This document shows positions 38,721 through 51,988 of a stretch of DNA of 64,000 nt, piece by piece. Within the stretch, counting starts at the first letter, position 1, and every line of letters starts with the position of its first letter. Both the position numbers and the translations under genes were made by a program. This stretch comes from Eledone cirrhosa (lineage: Eukaryota): the NCBI GenBank assembly GCA_964016885.1, contig OZ024743.1:43400001-43464000 (forward strand), given 5' to 3'. Under the pieces are notes generated by a model. That model searched no databases and had not been told where the DNA came from. It saw only the letters and a list, made by a program, of their open reading frames with translations.

Positions 38721-40228
38721 ATAGTCAAGAAATGCCTAAAAACATGGCATGGTTCAGAACAGGCCTTCCAACTCGGTGCAGAACTACGGATAACTATTAC
38801 TTCGACACCACCAAGGGTACGAACGGAAAGATAGAAATCAATGAAACGATAAAAGCAAACTTTTTAAAAACACTTTACTACAAATGTCACTCGCATTTAA
38901 GTATGACTTGCTACTGTGCATGATGATTTTGCTAAGTGTTTTAGGTGCCAATACAGGCGTCGCCAGACATATGCAATTACTCCACCCTCGCTCCCTTTTT
39001 CCAACAAAACATCCTGGATGTGATGAATAAGAGTTGGCTGCAGCAGCACAAGACAGATTCTTTCTTTGACGACCCGAAATAGTGAAATGCAAAGTGGAAG
39101 TCGACGGGTTTTGAACTCAAAATACTGAAACCCGGTCGCCCTATATTATAGTCAAGCTTGACGTTTAAAACATAGATTACGGATGCGATTATCACTGTTT
39201 GACAATGCCTTACAACAAAAGTAAAATAAATTAAACATCTCTTGTATAGTGACAGTATTGTAGGTATATTCTGATACATGGGGTGTCACGTGCACTATCG
39301 AACATGGCACAACCCTGCGTTAGACAGCTCGGAACGGAGCTGATTTATTCTTGAGAAAGAAAGAGGCAGACGAATAGAGACGAAGGCAAAGAGAGCAAGT
39401 GATAAAGAGAGAGAGTAAGAAACAACTAGAGTACTAGAGGAGATTCGCAGGGATGAAACCAATAGTGAGGTATATATAATCCGGCGCCACTAAACGACAG
39501 AAGTATCATACATAAATATGACTCGCTCGCACTAAGATAACCTATTTGAAGACAAGATTCATTCAGCCCAAAAACTTACAACTCAGTTTTAACATTTGTA
39601 ATCTCTCCGGCTACTGCATCCACGCGTCATCCAATTAATGGAATCTTAATTATTAATCACGTATTCTCCTTCCGGTGTACAAGACATCAATGGAAATGAG
39701 AGTAATTGGTAACCTTTAATCATTACTTTTTTCATCAAAACTGTTTACGAAATGTCTTTGATATTTTCATGAGTAGACACATATACACGTACATGCATAC
39801 TTTATTTTTCAACACCGCTATACGCATACATTCTTTCTGTGTATTATTCCAAACATATATACACATTTATACTCTCTGTAACTCACATTTATAAACAATG
39901 TAGTTGCGTATATTAAGGTGATTTTATTTATAATCATCGTTGTCAATATTTTAAAATATTCTAGCTATTTAGTTTAAAATATCCATGAATATGCACGTTT
40001 ATACACTTATAAATGTATATAATCACATATGTATATAATTACAAATGTATATAATTACATATGCACGTTTGTACACTTATAAATGTATATAAATATACAT
40101 ATGGATTAATATATAAATGTGCATGTACATATGTAGACCTATGTCAGTAAACACACAATCACATATACGCGTATATTATGACTGCAATTATACATATGTT
40201 ATACACACATAAATACATATATACATGC

Positions 40229-40320
<92 letters not shown>

Positions 40321-40362
40321 TTAAAAAGAACAGAAAGATGCAGTAAAAGAGATTTATTCGGT

Positions 40363-40477
40363 TCTTACGTACGTTTCAATAGACATCTATTTGCCTAGAT
40401 CTCGCTACATCTATAATATTATATATTTAGTAGAGCATTCGATATCCAATGCACAATCGATCCCATATCATCAGAGA
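40363..40477 (-). ncRNA. Type I hammerhead ribozyme with large helix II insertion
   Basis: Minus strand: TCT-CTGATGA-t-ATGGGATC...GATgTCTAT-t-GAAA-CGTACG-TA-AGA; palindromic helix III; AATAAA just downstream. Confidence 0.65.
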
Positions 40478-40515
40478 TTATAACCAATTATATATAACCA
40501 ATGTATATAACCAAT

Positions 40516-40637
<122 letters not shown>

Positions 40638-40650
40638 GTATGTATGTATG

Positions 40651-40688
<38 letters not shown>

Positions 40689-40847
40689 GTATGTATGTAA
40701 TATATATATATATATATTTAAACGGAAAAAATGAAACGAAATTTCATTTTGCACTCTTAGTACGGCTGTTACTTAAAAATAAGCATGTATATAAGCTTAT
40801 ATATATATTTATTTATCTATCTATATATATATGTGTGTGTGCGTGAG

Positions 40848-40923
<76 letters not shown>

Positions 40924-41130
40924 AGGCTTTCACTTTACCATTCTCATTGAAATATGCTTTCTTTGTGTCCACATACATCCTAGCATGGGGTCAGGCAGCT
41001 CGTTCTTATGCAGGGGATTTGGGCGTCTTCAGGATTTATCCTGCAATCTTCTGGACAGGATATCATTGGGGGGAGGCTCTGGGCTGTTATGCCTACGTAC
41101 TTATACACACACACACACACACATATATAT

Positions 41131-41357
41131 ATTAAAATAACATATTAAAGTTTAAACACATAATCGCTGACTTCACTCTAAACGGGATATTCTAAGTTCC
41201 AGAAGTTCCCGTTATGGGTGAAAGCAGCTATACTTTGTTTAAATTTTAATCTGTCATTTTAATAAATATTTGCTCCAGGGTTCTTATATATTTTTTATAT
41301 ATATATTATACTTATCGAGCCTCTTCGGATTTTAGTCTTCACATTTATTATTATTAC
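41131..41357. repeat. Family A fold-back copy (diverged)
   Basis: Inverted arms centred near 41195, then the family 3' end ...TTTTAGTCTTCACATTTATTATTATTAC. Confidence 0.8.
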
Positions 41358-44300
41358 TGCATGAGGTAGAAGTCGTCGTGAATGGATCTGTCCGGAAAGG
41401 CGCATGTCTGCGCCTCTCCCACCAGACCCTTGACGACAAGCGCCAACCTCGTTGCTAACATCTTGGCCAAAATCTTGAACTCTGCATTTAGCATGGTTAT
41501 GGGCCTGAAATTATCGATAACATCCCCTTGTTCGAGTCTTTTCTCAGCAGCGCCACCACTCCCCGGCTCACAAAACTGGGAATGCTCCCGTTCTACTGCC
41601 AGTTGCAGTAGACGTCTGCCAAGAGGTCACCGAACAAGTCTGGCATAAATGCATAAAGCTCGTAGGGCTGACCATCCAAACCTGGCGATTTACCCCTCGT
41701 GCATTTAGCCATCGCTTCCCGTATTTCACTGGCTGTTATTGGCTTTTCGTGACATTGTGCTGCGGTTGTCGAGAGCCGAGGCAGTTCGTCAAGGTATGCA
41801 CTGAAGTACATGCCCCGATCCGGGCCTCCGCTGCTCGCGAACACTTCAGCAAAGTGCTGCTGAAAAGCTTCACACATCTGCTCGGTATCGAGCAACACGC
41901 ACCCGTTTTGGTCAGACAAAGACCAAATTCGTGTTTTGCGTTGAAGAATTGGTCGAGTGCCAATCTCGCCGCAAGCACGTCGGTTGCGATGTCTGTCCTA
42001 AACGCCTCTTCTAGCTTTCTGACTAGCTCTCCCTCTACTCTATTTTCCTCTATCACTAGTCCTTTGCTAAACCTAATCGACTCTACTTTAATTGCCCTTT
42101 TCAGGGCGAACCACCACCTGTTGTTGACGACCGCTCCCGTCAACGCCCGCTCAACTAATACGCTAATCCAGTATCTGTAGGCTTCGCATGCCGGGAAAGA
42201 CACGTTCAGCTTCCAGTAACCGGGCCCTTGTCTATGAAGTATGTCTATGTCGATCTCACGGATCACAAATTTGTGGTCTTTGTAGTCGACTATTTTAAAT
42301 TGTGTACAACTTATACTAGCTTTATCTAGTTCTCTGCAGAATACACTATCGAGATACAATCTGGATGACCCGATGCGGTTTGACCATGTCCACATTGGCA
42401 CATTCGGGTGATCCAGTCGATACCTATCAGACAATTCTGCACGATCTCGGGCAGGTTTGGCTGACGGCACTTCCGTGCATGTAGAGCTTATCTTGAACTG
42501 GCAGAGCTCCCCGGTAGCACTGCCAGGCCAGGAATTTTTGGAAGTTATCCATAGGCCCTGGGCTAAAAATTCTCCGGAAGAGAGCAAACAGCTGATTTTC
42601 TTCGACGCCCAGGATCTCTCCGAGAACGTCGCGCTCTACCCCTCCACTAGTCCTCTATAAAACGCCGAGGTGGATGTTCCACCGATACTGGTGCCCAGCG
42701 GTCTTTATCTGACCCAGGAATGCAGCTCCGTCAAGGAGACGAGCTGTGGGAAAACGTGCCTGGCGAACGGCGACCACACCTGGTCACTGTCAAGGAAGCA
42801 CCAGAGATGTTGCAGCCTCAGCGTATGTTTGCGCATCATCAGCTATGGCATGCCCAATCCTCCACGCAACGGGTGTTGACAGCAGATGGATCGAGTGACC
42901 ATGGGAGCGCGTCCCTTCCACAACAAGCGGAAGAGGAGGCACTCCATTTTGGTGAGAGTTGGGCCGGGCAAGGGACGACGGTGAGGCGGTAGCAGATGAC
43001 GGATACGATGTACGCATCCGCCACCTCCGCCCGGCCTTTCAGGGACAGCTTCCTCTCGGCCCATTTCTGGGTGACGGAGGCCACCTTGCTCGTCACCTCG
43101 TTCCAGTTTTTCTCCATCTGGAGGTCCGGTCCGAACCAGACCCCGAGCAATTTAAACGGCCCGTCCGCCCAACGCCACACGACGCTGTCGGACGACATGG
43201 ACTTGCCTCTCCGGGTGCCAAGTTGCAATCCCACCGACTTTGCTCCTGTCACCGCTTCGTATTCCTTGAGAACGGTGGCGAGAATCTGGACGTGTCTGGT
43301 GCTTGAAACGACCACGATGACGTCGTCGGCGCAAGCTGTCTCGGATTTATCGCATCCTAGTTCGCGAGGGGCGCCCCTCATCGCCCCCTGTTTGTGCAGT
43401 ACGGCCCGTGAGCCAACACGTACAAGAGGGACGAGAGGGGACAACCCTGGCGGTCTGAGCTCATGATGCTGAACGGCTGAGACAGGTGACCTTCACCCTC
43501 ACTACTGAGCAGATGTCGCTGAACATCGCAGCGATCCAAACCCTGAAAACGGGTCCGAAACCGGCTGCCTCGAGGACCGCCGCCAGGTTACCGTTTGCCA
43601 CTTCACTCCCGCCTCAAAGTCCATGTCGGATTCAGTGGCGTCTGGGAGGGTTATCTGCTCCACCGATGTTGGTGGTGGTAGTGGAGCCCTCTTCGGCAAT
43701 TTCGTTGCTGGTGTAGCTACATCAAATGTAGCTATTGGTGCTGCCGCCACTGATGCTGCTGCATTAGTAGTCCATAGCCTTGGTACGGGTGCCACGGACG
43801 TGGCCCTCCTACTCACCGTGGAAGTGGCTTCTGCATTTGTTGCCTGCCCTGCTCTTGGTAGCAGCGGGCCAGGTATTGGAAGGAGTGGGGCCTTCTTCTT
43901 CGCTGTCTTCTGCGGACAAAAGGCCCTGAGGTGACCCTTCAACCCACAGAGATAACATTTTGGGCGTCTTCCTTCTACGCTTATAGGGAGTTGAAGCCTT
44001 TCCTCAATGTCTATGATATGGGGGATAGCGTCGATACATTCCTGGTCAGTTTGTATAAGCATTTGCATTCCTATACCTGACCAGTTCTCTCTCCCTATTT
44101 TCTCTACTTGCCACATGGTCGTCTTGTCCTCGATTCCAGCAAGGACAGACGCGGCCAGCCAAGGTATGGGCTCGTCGGGTGGGACCTGGGTCACTTTGAC
44201 CCTCAGAATTTTCTGCCCGCAGTAGGAGGGCACCAAGACTATCTCCTCACTCTTTAGGGTTTCCAAAGAGTGAGACTTTGCTTCCTGGGGGATGGCGAAA

Positions 44301-45085
44301 ATACGTCTACTGTGGCGTACCTTCTGACTCGGGTGATTTGTGTTTTGCGTGCCCAGACGCACCCTAATGCCTTTTGGATTTGAGCCTCCGTGGCTCTCTA
44401 CACCCGATGTGAGATTTTGCTTACGGTGCGGTAAGTCACCGTCCGTAGCTGCTGGTCCTTGAAAAAATCGGGTGGAGGTTTCAGGGAGACTCTATTTGCG
44501 CTTCTTATCACCATGGTCCTTGACACTGCTATCTTCTGCTCTGTGACTAACACTGTCTCGATATTTCGGGCGACACCTGCAAAAAAGTGGTCCCTTTTAC
44601 AGCAGCACCCCATTGCTGCCGCTACTGGTCTTACTGGTGGTGCTTAGATCGCTGTTACAGGTATCGATATCATTGTTGATGTTTTCGTTGGTACAGTTGT
44701 TGGTGTTGTTGTTGTTACTGTTATTGTGGCTGTTGTTATTATTGTTGTTTTTGTTGATACTGTTTCTACTATTATTGTTGTTGTGGCTGTTGTTATTGTC
44801 ATTGTTATTGTCGTTCTCGACCTTACCGCTGTTATTTTTGTTATTGTCGTTCTCGACTTTACCGCTGTTATTTTTGTTGTTGCTGTTGTTATTGATGGTG
44901 TTGTTGTTGGTGTTGTTGTTGGTGTTATTGTTGGTGTTGTCTGTGTTACAAATATTTGGTAATTTTAAATCTGTAACAATCCACTTTTCCTTTGTAATAT
45001 TTTCGTTTACATTTACCTCCGCTGGAACGCTGTCTTGTTGACATGCTGATAAAGTCTCCCTCGCATGAATTGTCTGACAGCGCTC
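41358..45085 (-). mobile_element. L1/Tx1-clade LINE, rearranged and decayed
   Basis: ORF1 with Asn-rich N-terminus and CYLCGLKGHLRAFC zinc knuckle; ORF2 pieces: EN (WTWSN..SRLYLD..DHK, GPGYWKLN), KSPGLDG, RPITMLN..KILAK, ACADDV, KLLGVWF, HPLRGGLGMP. Confidence 0.92.
43590..45065 (-). pseudogene. Tx1 ORF1 (gag-like, CCHC zinc knuckle), disrupted
   Basis: ORF 43502-44362 with EGRRPKCYLCGLKGHLRAFCP; upstream low-complexity poly-N region with stops/frameshifts. Confidence 0.8.
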
Positions 45086-45668
<583 letters not shown>

Positions 45669-45949
45669 TAAGGTAATGAATTCTTTTACAATGGAATCAG
45701 CTCGAATGAGGAAAAATATCCCCTGAGCAGCGTATAAATTAATATGTATGTGATGAAACACAGATACCAACACATCTGTATATATATTGCAAAAGAAAAA
45801 TTTAGCCAGATTGAAGTATACTAATTATTATACTACAGTTTGTCCATATCGATTTAACATAATAAATCAACGGAGACGAACTGTATTGCCAAAAGGCCGT
45901 GATGTTTAGACACATTTAAATTTCAAAATCAAACCTGTTCCGTAGATAA

Positions 45950-46025
45950 GTTTAGACTTTAAGATCCAAATATGTTTCGAGTTAAATAAGTGTATGAATA
46001 TCATGTCCCGCTCTCCTCAGTAAAC
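45950..46025 (-). ncRNA. Type I hammerhead ribozyme (left arm)
   Basis: Mirror of 46270-46345. Confidence 0.65.
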
Positions 46026-46269
46026 ATCCAGAGACAAATTGATATGCTTCACTTCTAAATAATTTAAAAGACTGCGTGACGCACATTGTAAAATAATTCA
46101 TTACCTTATTAATTTTAACTGCTCCTAGTTTGAGCTGCAAGCCGCCTCATATATACGACTGTTATTTCTAGCAGTACGGTTATGAGACTACTTAGATACT
46201 GTAAAGCCATGTGCGTCACGCTGTCTTTCAAATTATTTAGAAGTGAAGCATATCAATTTGTCTCTGGAT

Positions 46270-46345
46270 GTTTACTGAGGAGAGCGGGACATGATATTCC
46301 TACACTTATTTAACTCGAAACATATTTGGATCTTAAAGTCTAAAC
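46270..46345 (+). ncRNA. Type I hammerhead ribozyme (right arm)
   Basis: GTTTA-CTGAGGA-GAG...CTC-GAAAC-atatttggatcttaaa-GTC-TAAAC. Confidence 0.65.
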
Positions 46346-46579
46346 TTATCTACGGAACAGGTTTGATTTTGAAATTTAATTGTCTCTAAACATCACGGCC
46401 TTTTGGCAATACAGTTCGTCTCCATTGATTTATTATTTTAAATCGATATGGACAAACTGTAGTATAATAATTAGTATACTTCAATCTGGCTAAATTTTTC
46501 TTTTGCAATATATATACAGATGTGTTGGTATGTGTGTTTCATCACATACATATTAATTTATATATATATATATATATAT

Positions 46580-46758
<179 letters not shown>

Positions 46759-47003
46759 GTACATGTGTGTGTAACTTTTAGTTACTATTTGTTCACCAGT
46801 TTCAGCACTCGATGATGTGTTATTGCACTTTTAGTTTTACGGCGTTATTGGTATCGTTGGTGAGCAGAGTGTTAATAATAATAAGGATTATGAACGAGGT
46901 ATCAAAAGCAGTACGTAGATATCTCCTCTCGTTAAGGAGAACACGATTCTGACGAGCTATGGTTTGCAGATTCGGGCATGATACTGATTGTACTTCTTAT
47001 TGT

Positions 47004-47047
<44 letters not shown>

Positions 47048-47456
47048 ATGTGTATGCATGTGTGTGTGTGTGTGTGTGTATAGACTTAAGAAAATTAAGA
47101 AAAAGACGACAAGACAGCGAACGTAAACAAAACAAAACGAAAACGATTTTAACCCCGACAAATAGTATTGCTCGACCATCCGGGTGCACACCGTCTGGCA
47201 TAAGCCAAACGCTGTCCAAAAGAATAAGAGAGGGACTAAAAAAATATTGTGTTTTTGCCTGGCTTGTCCGCCCCATTTGCACCGAGATTGCCTCGAAAAC
47301 ATAACCTTTGACTCAATTTTACTGTCTGATGAAATCACGATTTTGGTTAGATAATCAAGTGACCAAGATCGTCTTCACTACAACTTAGCATTTTTATAAT
47401 CCTCTCTATCTCTTTCTCCATCTCTCTCTCTCCCCATCGCTCTCTCTCCCTCCCCA

Positions 47457-47508
<52 letters not shown>

Positions 47509-47897
47509 CATATATAAATATACATATATATATGTGTATATATGTATGTATGTATATATGTGTGCACACGTATGTTTATGTGTACGACGTTCATGTGCTT
47601 TTGTGTGCATGAATACTTCCAGTTTGCACAAGCATGCGCTTTATGGGCATATTTTATCCACTCATCTATCTACTTATATATTGGCTCTCTAAATATTATA
47701 TTATCTCACCCAATTCCTTTTATTGTTAATCGAGCTATTTATTTATGCATTTCTATGTAAAACATTTTGAAACTCCTTATCCTTGTGTGTGCATGTAGTA
47801 TGCATGCACTACAAGTTACTCTCGAATATAATCCACTCTATTATGTATTTCCAATCGTTTATAACTTACTTGAGCATATTATATTTTATTCTACCCT

Positions 47898-48086
47898 TTG
47901 AGGGTGGTGGATTGGCAGTATCGGTAGAAGGTCAGACGCCATGCTTTCTATCATAGTTACGTCCCTTTACGGTCTGAGTTCAAATCCTGTCGAGGTTAAC
48001 TGTGCCTTCCATCCTTACGGGGTCGATAAAATAAAGTAAGAGTAACGTACTGGGTAATTGCTGGCCTTGTGCCAAAAGTAGAAACA
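47898..48086 (+). mobile_element. tRNA-derived SINE
   Basis: Family homology; 20-bp TSD ATTATATTTTATTCTACCCT (47878-47897 / 48087-48106). Confidence 0.92.
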
Positions 48087-48416
48087 ATTATATTTTATTC
48101 TACCCTGTTCAGACTACTTACTAATTCAGCGAAGATCTAATTGATCCGTATCAATGAGTACGAAGTAAAGACATATAACATAAAGGACAACTGGAAGTTT
48201 TTATGGGAAAATCTGCTGAAAGCTACAGACCAGAACTGAGGTTATCTATGGAAACTTTTATCACTTATATAACCAGATAAATGTCTATATGTGATATGTG
48301 GTGCGGTAAATGAATATATACTTATACAACAAGTCCGAACAAAAGGAACGTAACTCCCACTCTCACTGCCTCCGCCTCTCCCGCTCTGTCGATGTCTCAT
48401 TATTATGAGAAAATGG

Positions 48417-48599
48417 ACGGTGGATTGGCAGTATCGGTAGAGGGTCTGACGTCATGCTTTCCAGCATAGTTACGTCCCTTTACGATCTGAGTTCAAATCA
48501 CGCCGAGGTTGACTTTGCCTTTCATCCTTACGGGGTCGATAAAATAAAGTACCAGTAATGCACTGGGTAATTGCTGGCCTTGTGCCTAAAGTAGAAACA
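48417..48599 (+). mobile_element. tRNA-derived SINE
   Basis: Family homology; 18-bp TSD ATTATTATGAGAAAATGG (48399-48416 / 48600-48617). Confidence 0.92.
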
Positions 48600-49249
48600 A
48601 TTATTATGAGAAAATGGGGTCACACGCACAGGCCGCCCCGTGGCCCGGCGTACAGAATATGGAAGGCATTTCCCCGGATGATGGTGACGGAGCCGTGCTG
48701 GAAGTTGGAATCCATGTCATGAGGCTCACAATTCCGTGCTGATGTTGGTGAGTAGGGAAGATGTCCCAGGGCCAACGGCACCAGAAATGTTCGCTTTGTT
48801 CATTCACTTCCATATAACCCATTTTGTATTTATTTTTTCTCAAAACTATTCATTCAAATTCTAAGCCTTGTCTGTACATAACCTTACTACTCACCGTCTC
48901 ACCCCTATTCCTATGACCATTACACCCCTGCTTCTCCTACTACACTCCTACTCACGCAATGCCACTACCTCGGCAAACATTACATCCTTCTCCTGACCCA
49001 TAGCCTGTCTAGATACACCTAGAATTCTCTGCCCACCAACTTTCTCCCTCGGCGAAGCTTAATGCAATGACTAGTTTGAACATAGCCCTATGTCTAGTGA
49101 CATATATTCACACACCCTAGACAAGGCTTGCTGAACACACAAGCTAGCTATCTATCTAAATAGATAGCTAGATATCTAGCTAGATATGCAGACATATATA
49201 CAGACAGATAGAGATACATATAGATATATCACATAGATAGAGAGAGAGA

Positions 49250-49272
49250 TAGATAGATGGATAGATGGATAT

Positions 49273-49368
<96 letters not shown>

Positions 49369-49378
49369 ATAAATAGAT
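49250..49378. repeat. (GATA)n microsatellite
   Basis: Tetranucleotide array. Confidence 0.95.
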
Positions 49379-50765
49379 AAAACTGCACTACAAAACATGA
49401 CCCATATAACTGAGAAATGAATCTGCAATAACGCCATCGGAAAGGGCGAAAGACACATTGTTCATGCTCGAATCTCACTCCGACTAATGGGATTTCTAGA
49501 GAATCGTCTTTATCGACATGTATAACCGGACATAGGGATTAGTGCGAGATCTTGAGGTTTAGACACATGAGCTATGAAGAAATCTAGAAGAGTTAGGTGT
49601 GTCTTGGAGGTGATACAATATCAGAAATCTCATTGAGGCAGAGGCTACTGGAAGAGAGAAAATATGGGCAAAACTGTTTTTGAGTTAGTAAACATATTTT
49701 GAAATCATTCCGATTATCTGTGTCGTCTTTATATAGTAAATGGTGATGAAAAGATATGACTAGTTACAATATTATTGAATATGAATTGTCCTTTGTTCAA
49801 AACAGTTCTCGTCGTGGCCTCTCAGATTTTAATATATAAAGAATTTCATTGCCTATTGTAACGAAATATTTTGTAATGAGTAGGACATATTATCGGCCAT
49901 TTATATGTAACCGGTTCATACGGTTGAAGAGAATTCGAAGGATGAATAAACATGAAATAAATTTGGTGATACGAGTTCATTCTTAGAAACACACACTTTC
50001 CAAATTCACGAAAACTCTGATCTGCTTCTTGTATATAGCATGGCAGTATACAATGACTCCAAAAATAATGCACAGTACGCACTTAATCACAAAGAATGTG
50101 CAATCAATTTCCTGAAGAATGAATTGTATTCTTCAAATTCTGGAGAGCCTCAGATTTTGATTCGGAATTATAAGATACAAAAATAATCATATTGGCAACG
50201 ATTTGATTGTATATGTGTGTTTGCGGTTTTGTAAGCAGATATGGAAAATGTTATATTTGATTGATTTTAACCTCATGTATATCTAATAAGTTAGTTCATT
50301 GAGGATTCTCGGCCAAAATTATTATTCAGTATTTTTCAGTAACAAATATGTTAAAATATAAATGGTCATTCGAATTATAATCATTATAATCATTTGAATA
50401 ATTTGTTGAATTGTATTTTTGTACAATCATTTCTTATTTGCCTGGTTGGAGTATTAACGATTAAATGACGGTGGTAACCAGAAACAATTAAAGGTGAGAC
50501 TTGACACTAGCGATGTTGTAAATCTAGTATTGTTTCTTCGAATGGCAATTGAAACACAAGGCTGTGAAGACGTGAGATGGTGGTGCTGATTGTGTAAATG
50601 TAGTTTTGTTATATATATTTATATATATTAAAAATTTAAAAGAAGATATGCCGTCGTAAGATTCGTAAAATCCAAATAAGATTCAATTGAAATCTGTCTA
50701 TTCTGTAGATACTTAGAAATGAGAATTATCATCTGTCGAGACAAAAGTATTCGTTTCTTGTATGT

Positions 50766-51988
50766 CATCATCATCAGGTCAAGCTTGCTCGGCTTTCTAC
50801 GACACGCTTCCTCCATCCATCTCTGTCTCTCATAGCGTTTGCCAGTTCTTCCGCAGTGCATCCAGTATCGCCCTCAAGTTGCTTGACGTATATCTTCTTG
50901 GAACGACCAGCGTGTCTTGCTCCATGAGATGGACTTCATAACAACACATCACCTGCTATTTCTTCCTTGCTGCGCTAACAGTGGCCAGCAAATCTGAGTC
51001 TCTGTCCACGTATTGACCTGCAGATAGGTGGTATATTGCCACAGAGATCCTTATTTGTTGGGTGTTCCCTCCAAGACACGTTTAAAGCAGCGTGAAGCAT
51101 ACGTGTGTATGCCCCGTCTAGCTTTTTCTCCAGTTTCGACGTTAGCGTCCAAGTGATAGAGCCATAAACAAGCACAGACTCCACAGCAGCTCTGAAGAAA
51201 TTCCTTTTCAGTTTGGTCGGCAGGTTTGATTTCCATATCTTTTCCATTGCATTCAATGCTCCCCAGGCTTTTCCCAGTGTGATGTTAACATCATGTTCTG
51301 TGGAGGCGATATAGCTACCCAGGTAATTGAAGTCGTCAACTTGCTTGATTATATCAACGTTTAGACTTCGCATACCAACTGAGGAGTCTTGGTTCAGGCA
51401 AATATATTCTGTTTTGCCTGCGTTGACATAGAGTCCGATTTCCTTTGCAACTGATTCGATGCTGTGAAGTAGTGATGTTGCATCCTTAAGGTAGTCAGCG
51501 AGGACCGCTAAATCATCCGCATAGTCAGCATCGGTGATTTTCTGAGCTGCATGGCATCTGCACTTTCGCTTTGTGAGAGTGAAACCAAGCTCTAAGTTTT
51601 CGTCCAGGGCATTTCTCAATACATAGTCGAGGCAGATGATAAAAATATATGGTGCAAGAGTATCCCCTTGGAATACTCCTGCAATGATGTCAAAGAAGTT
51701 GGTATCTCCATCAGGTAAGCGCACCATTGCGCGGGTGATTTTATATAACATCACGATGGCATTTACTGTTTCCCTTGGCAAGCTGTAGGCTAGAAGTATC
51801 TCTCTCATCCTCCCACGATGGATGGAATCGAATGCTTTTGAAAAGTCATTAAACAGGAGAATTGCTGGGAGGTTTTTGGCTTTTACGCCTTCCAAGATAC
51901 GCCGAATTGTAAGTATTTTCCCTGATGTTGATCTGTTGGTGCGGAAGCCATTTTGTTTTTTCTCAGCAGGGGTCAATGACAAGTCTTA
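50766..51988 (-). mobile_element. 5'-truncated RTE-group LINE (RT domain)
   Basis: QNGFR..RST, DFSKAFDSI, GVFQGDTLAP, DYADDL, FNYLGS, RLRFAGHC; (TGA)n 3' tail; TSD TTCTTGTATGT (50755-50765 / 51989-51999). Confidence 0.92.

Larger units (their letters stand above)
45733..46562. repeat. Family D large fold-back (354-bp arms, 122-bp spacer), hammerhead in each arm
   Basis: 45733-46086 is the near-perfect reverse complement of 46209-46562. Confidence 0.95.

Noticed and set aside
47327-47375. CTGATGA followed by a hairpin
   Set aside because: No GAAA or helix III downstream, so it cannot be folded as a hammerhead.
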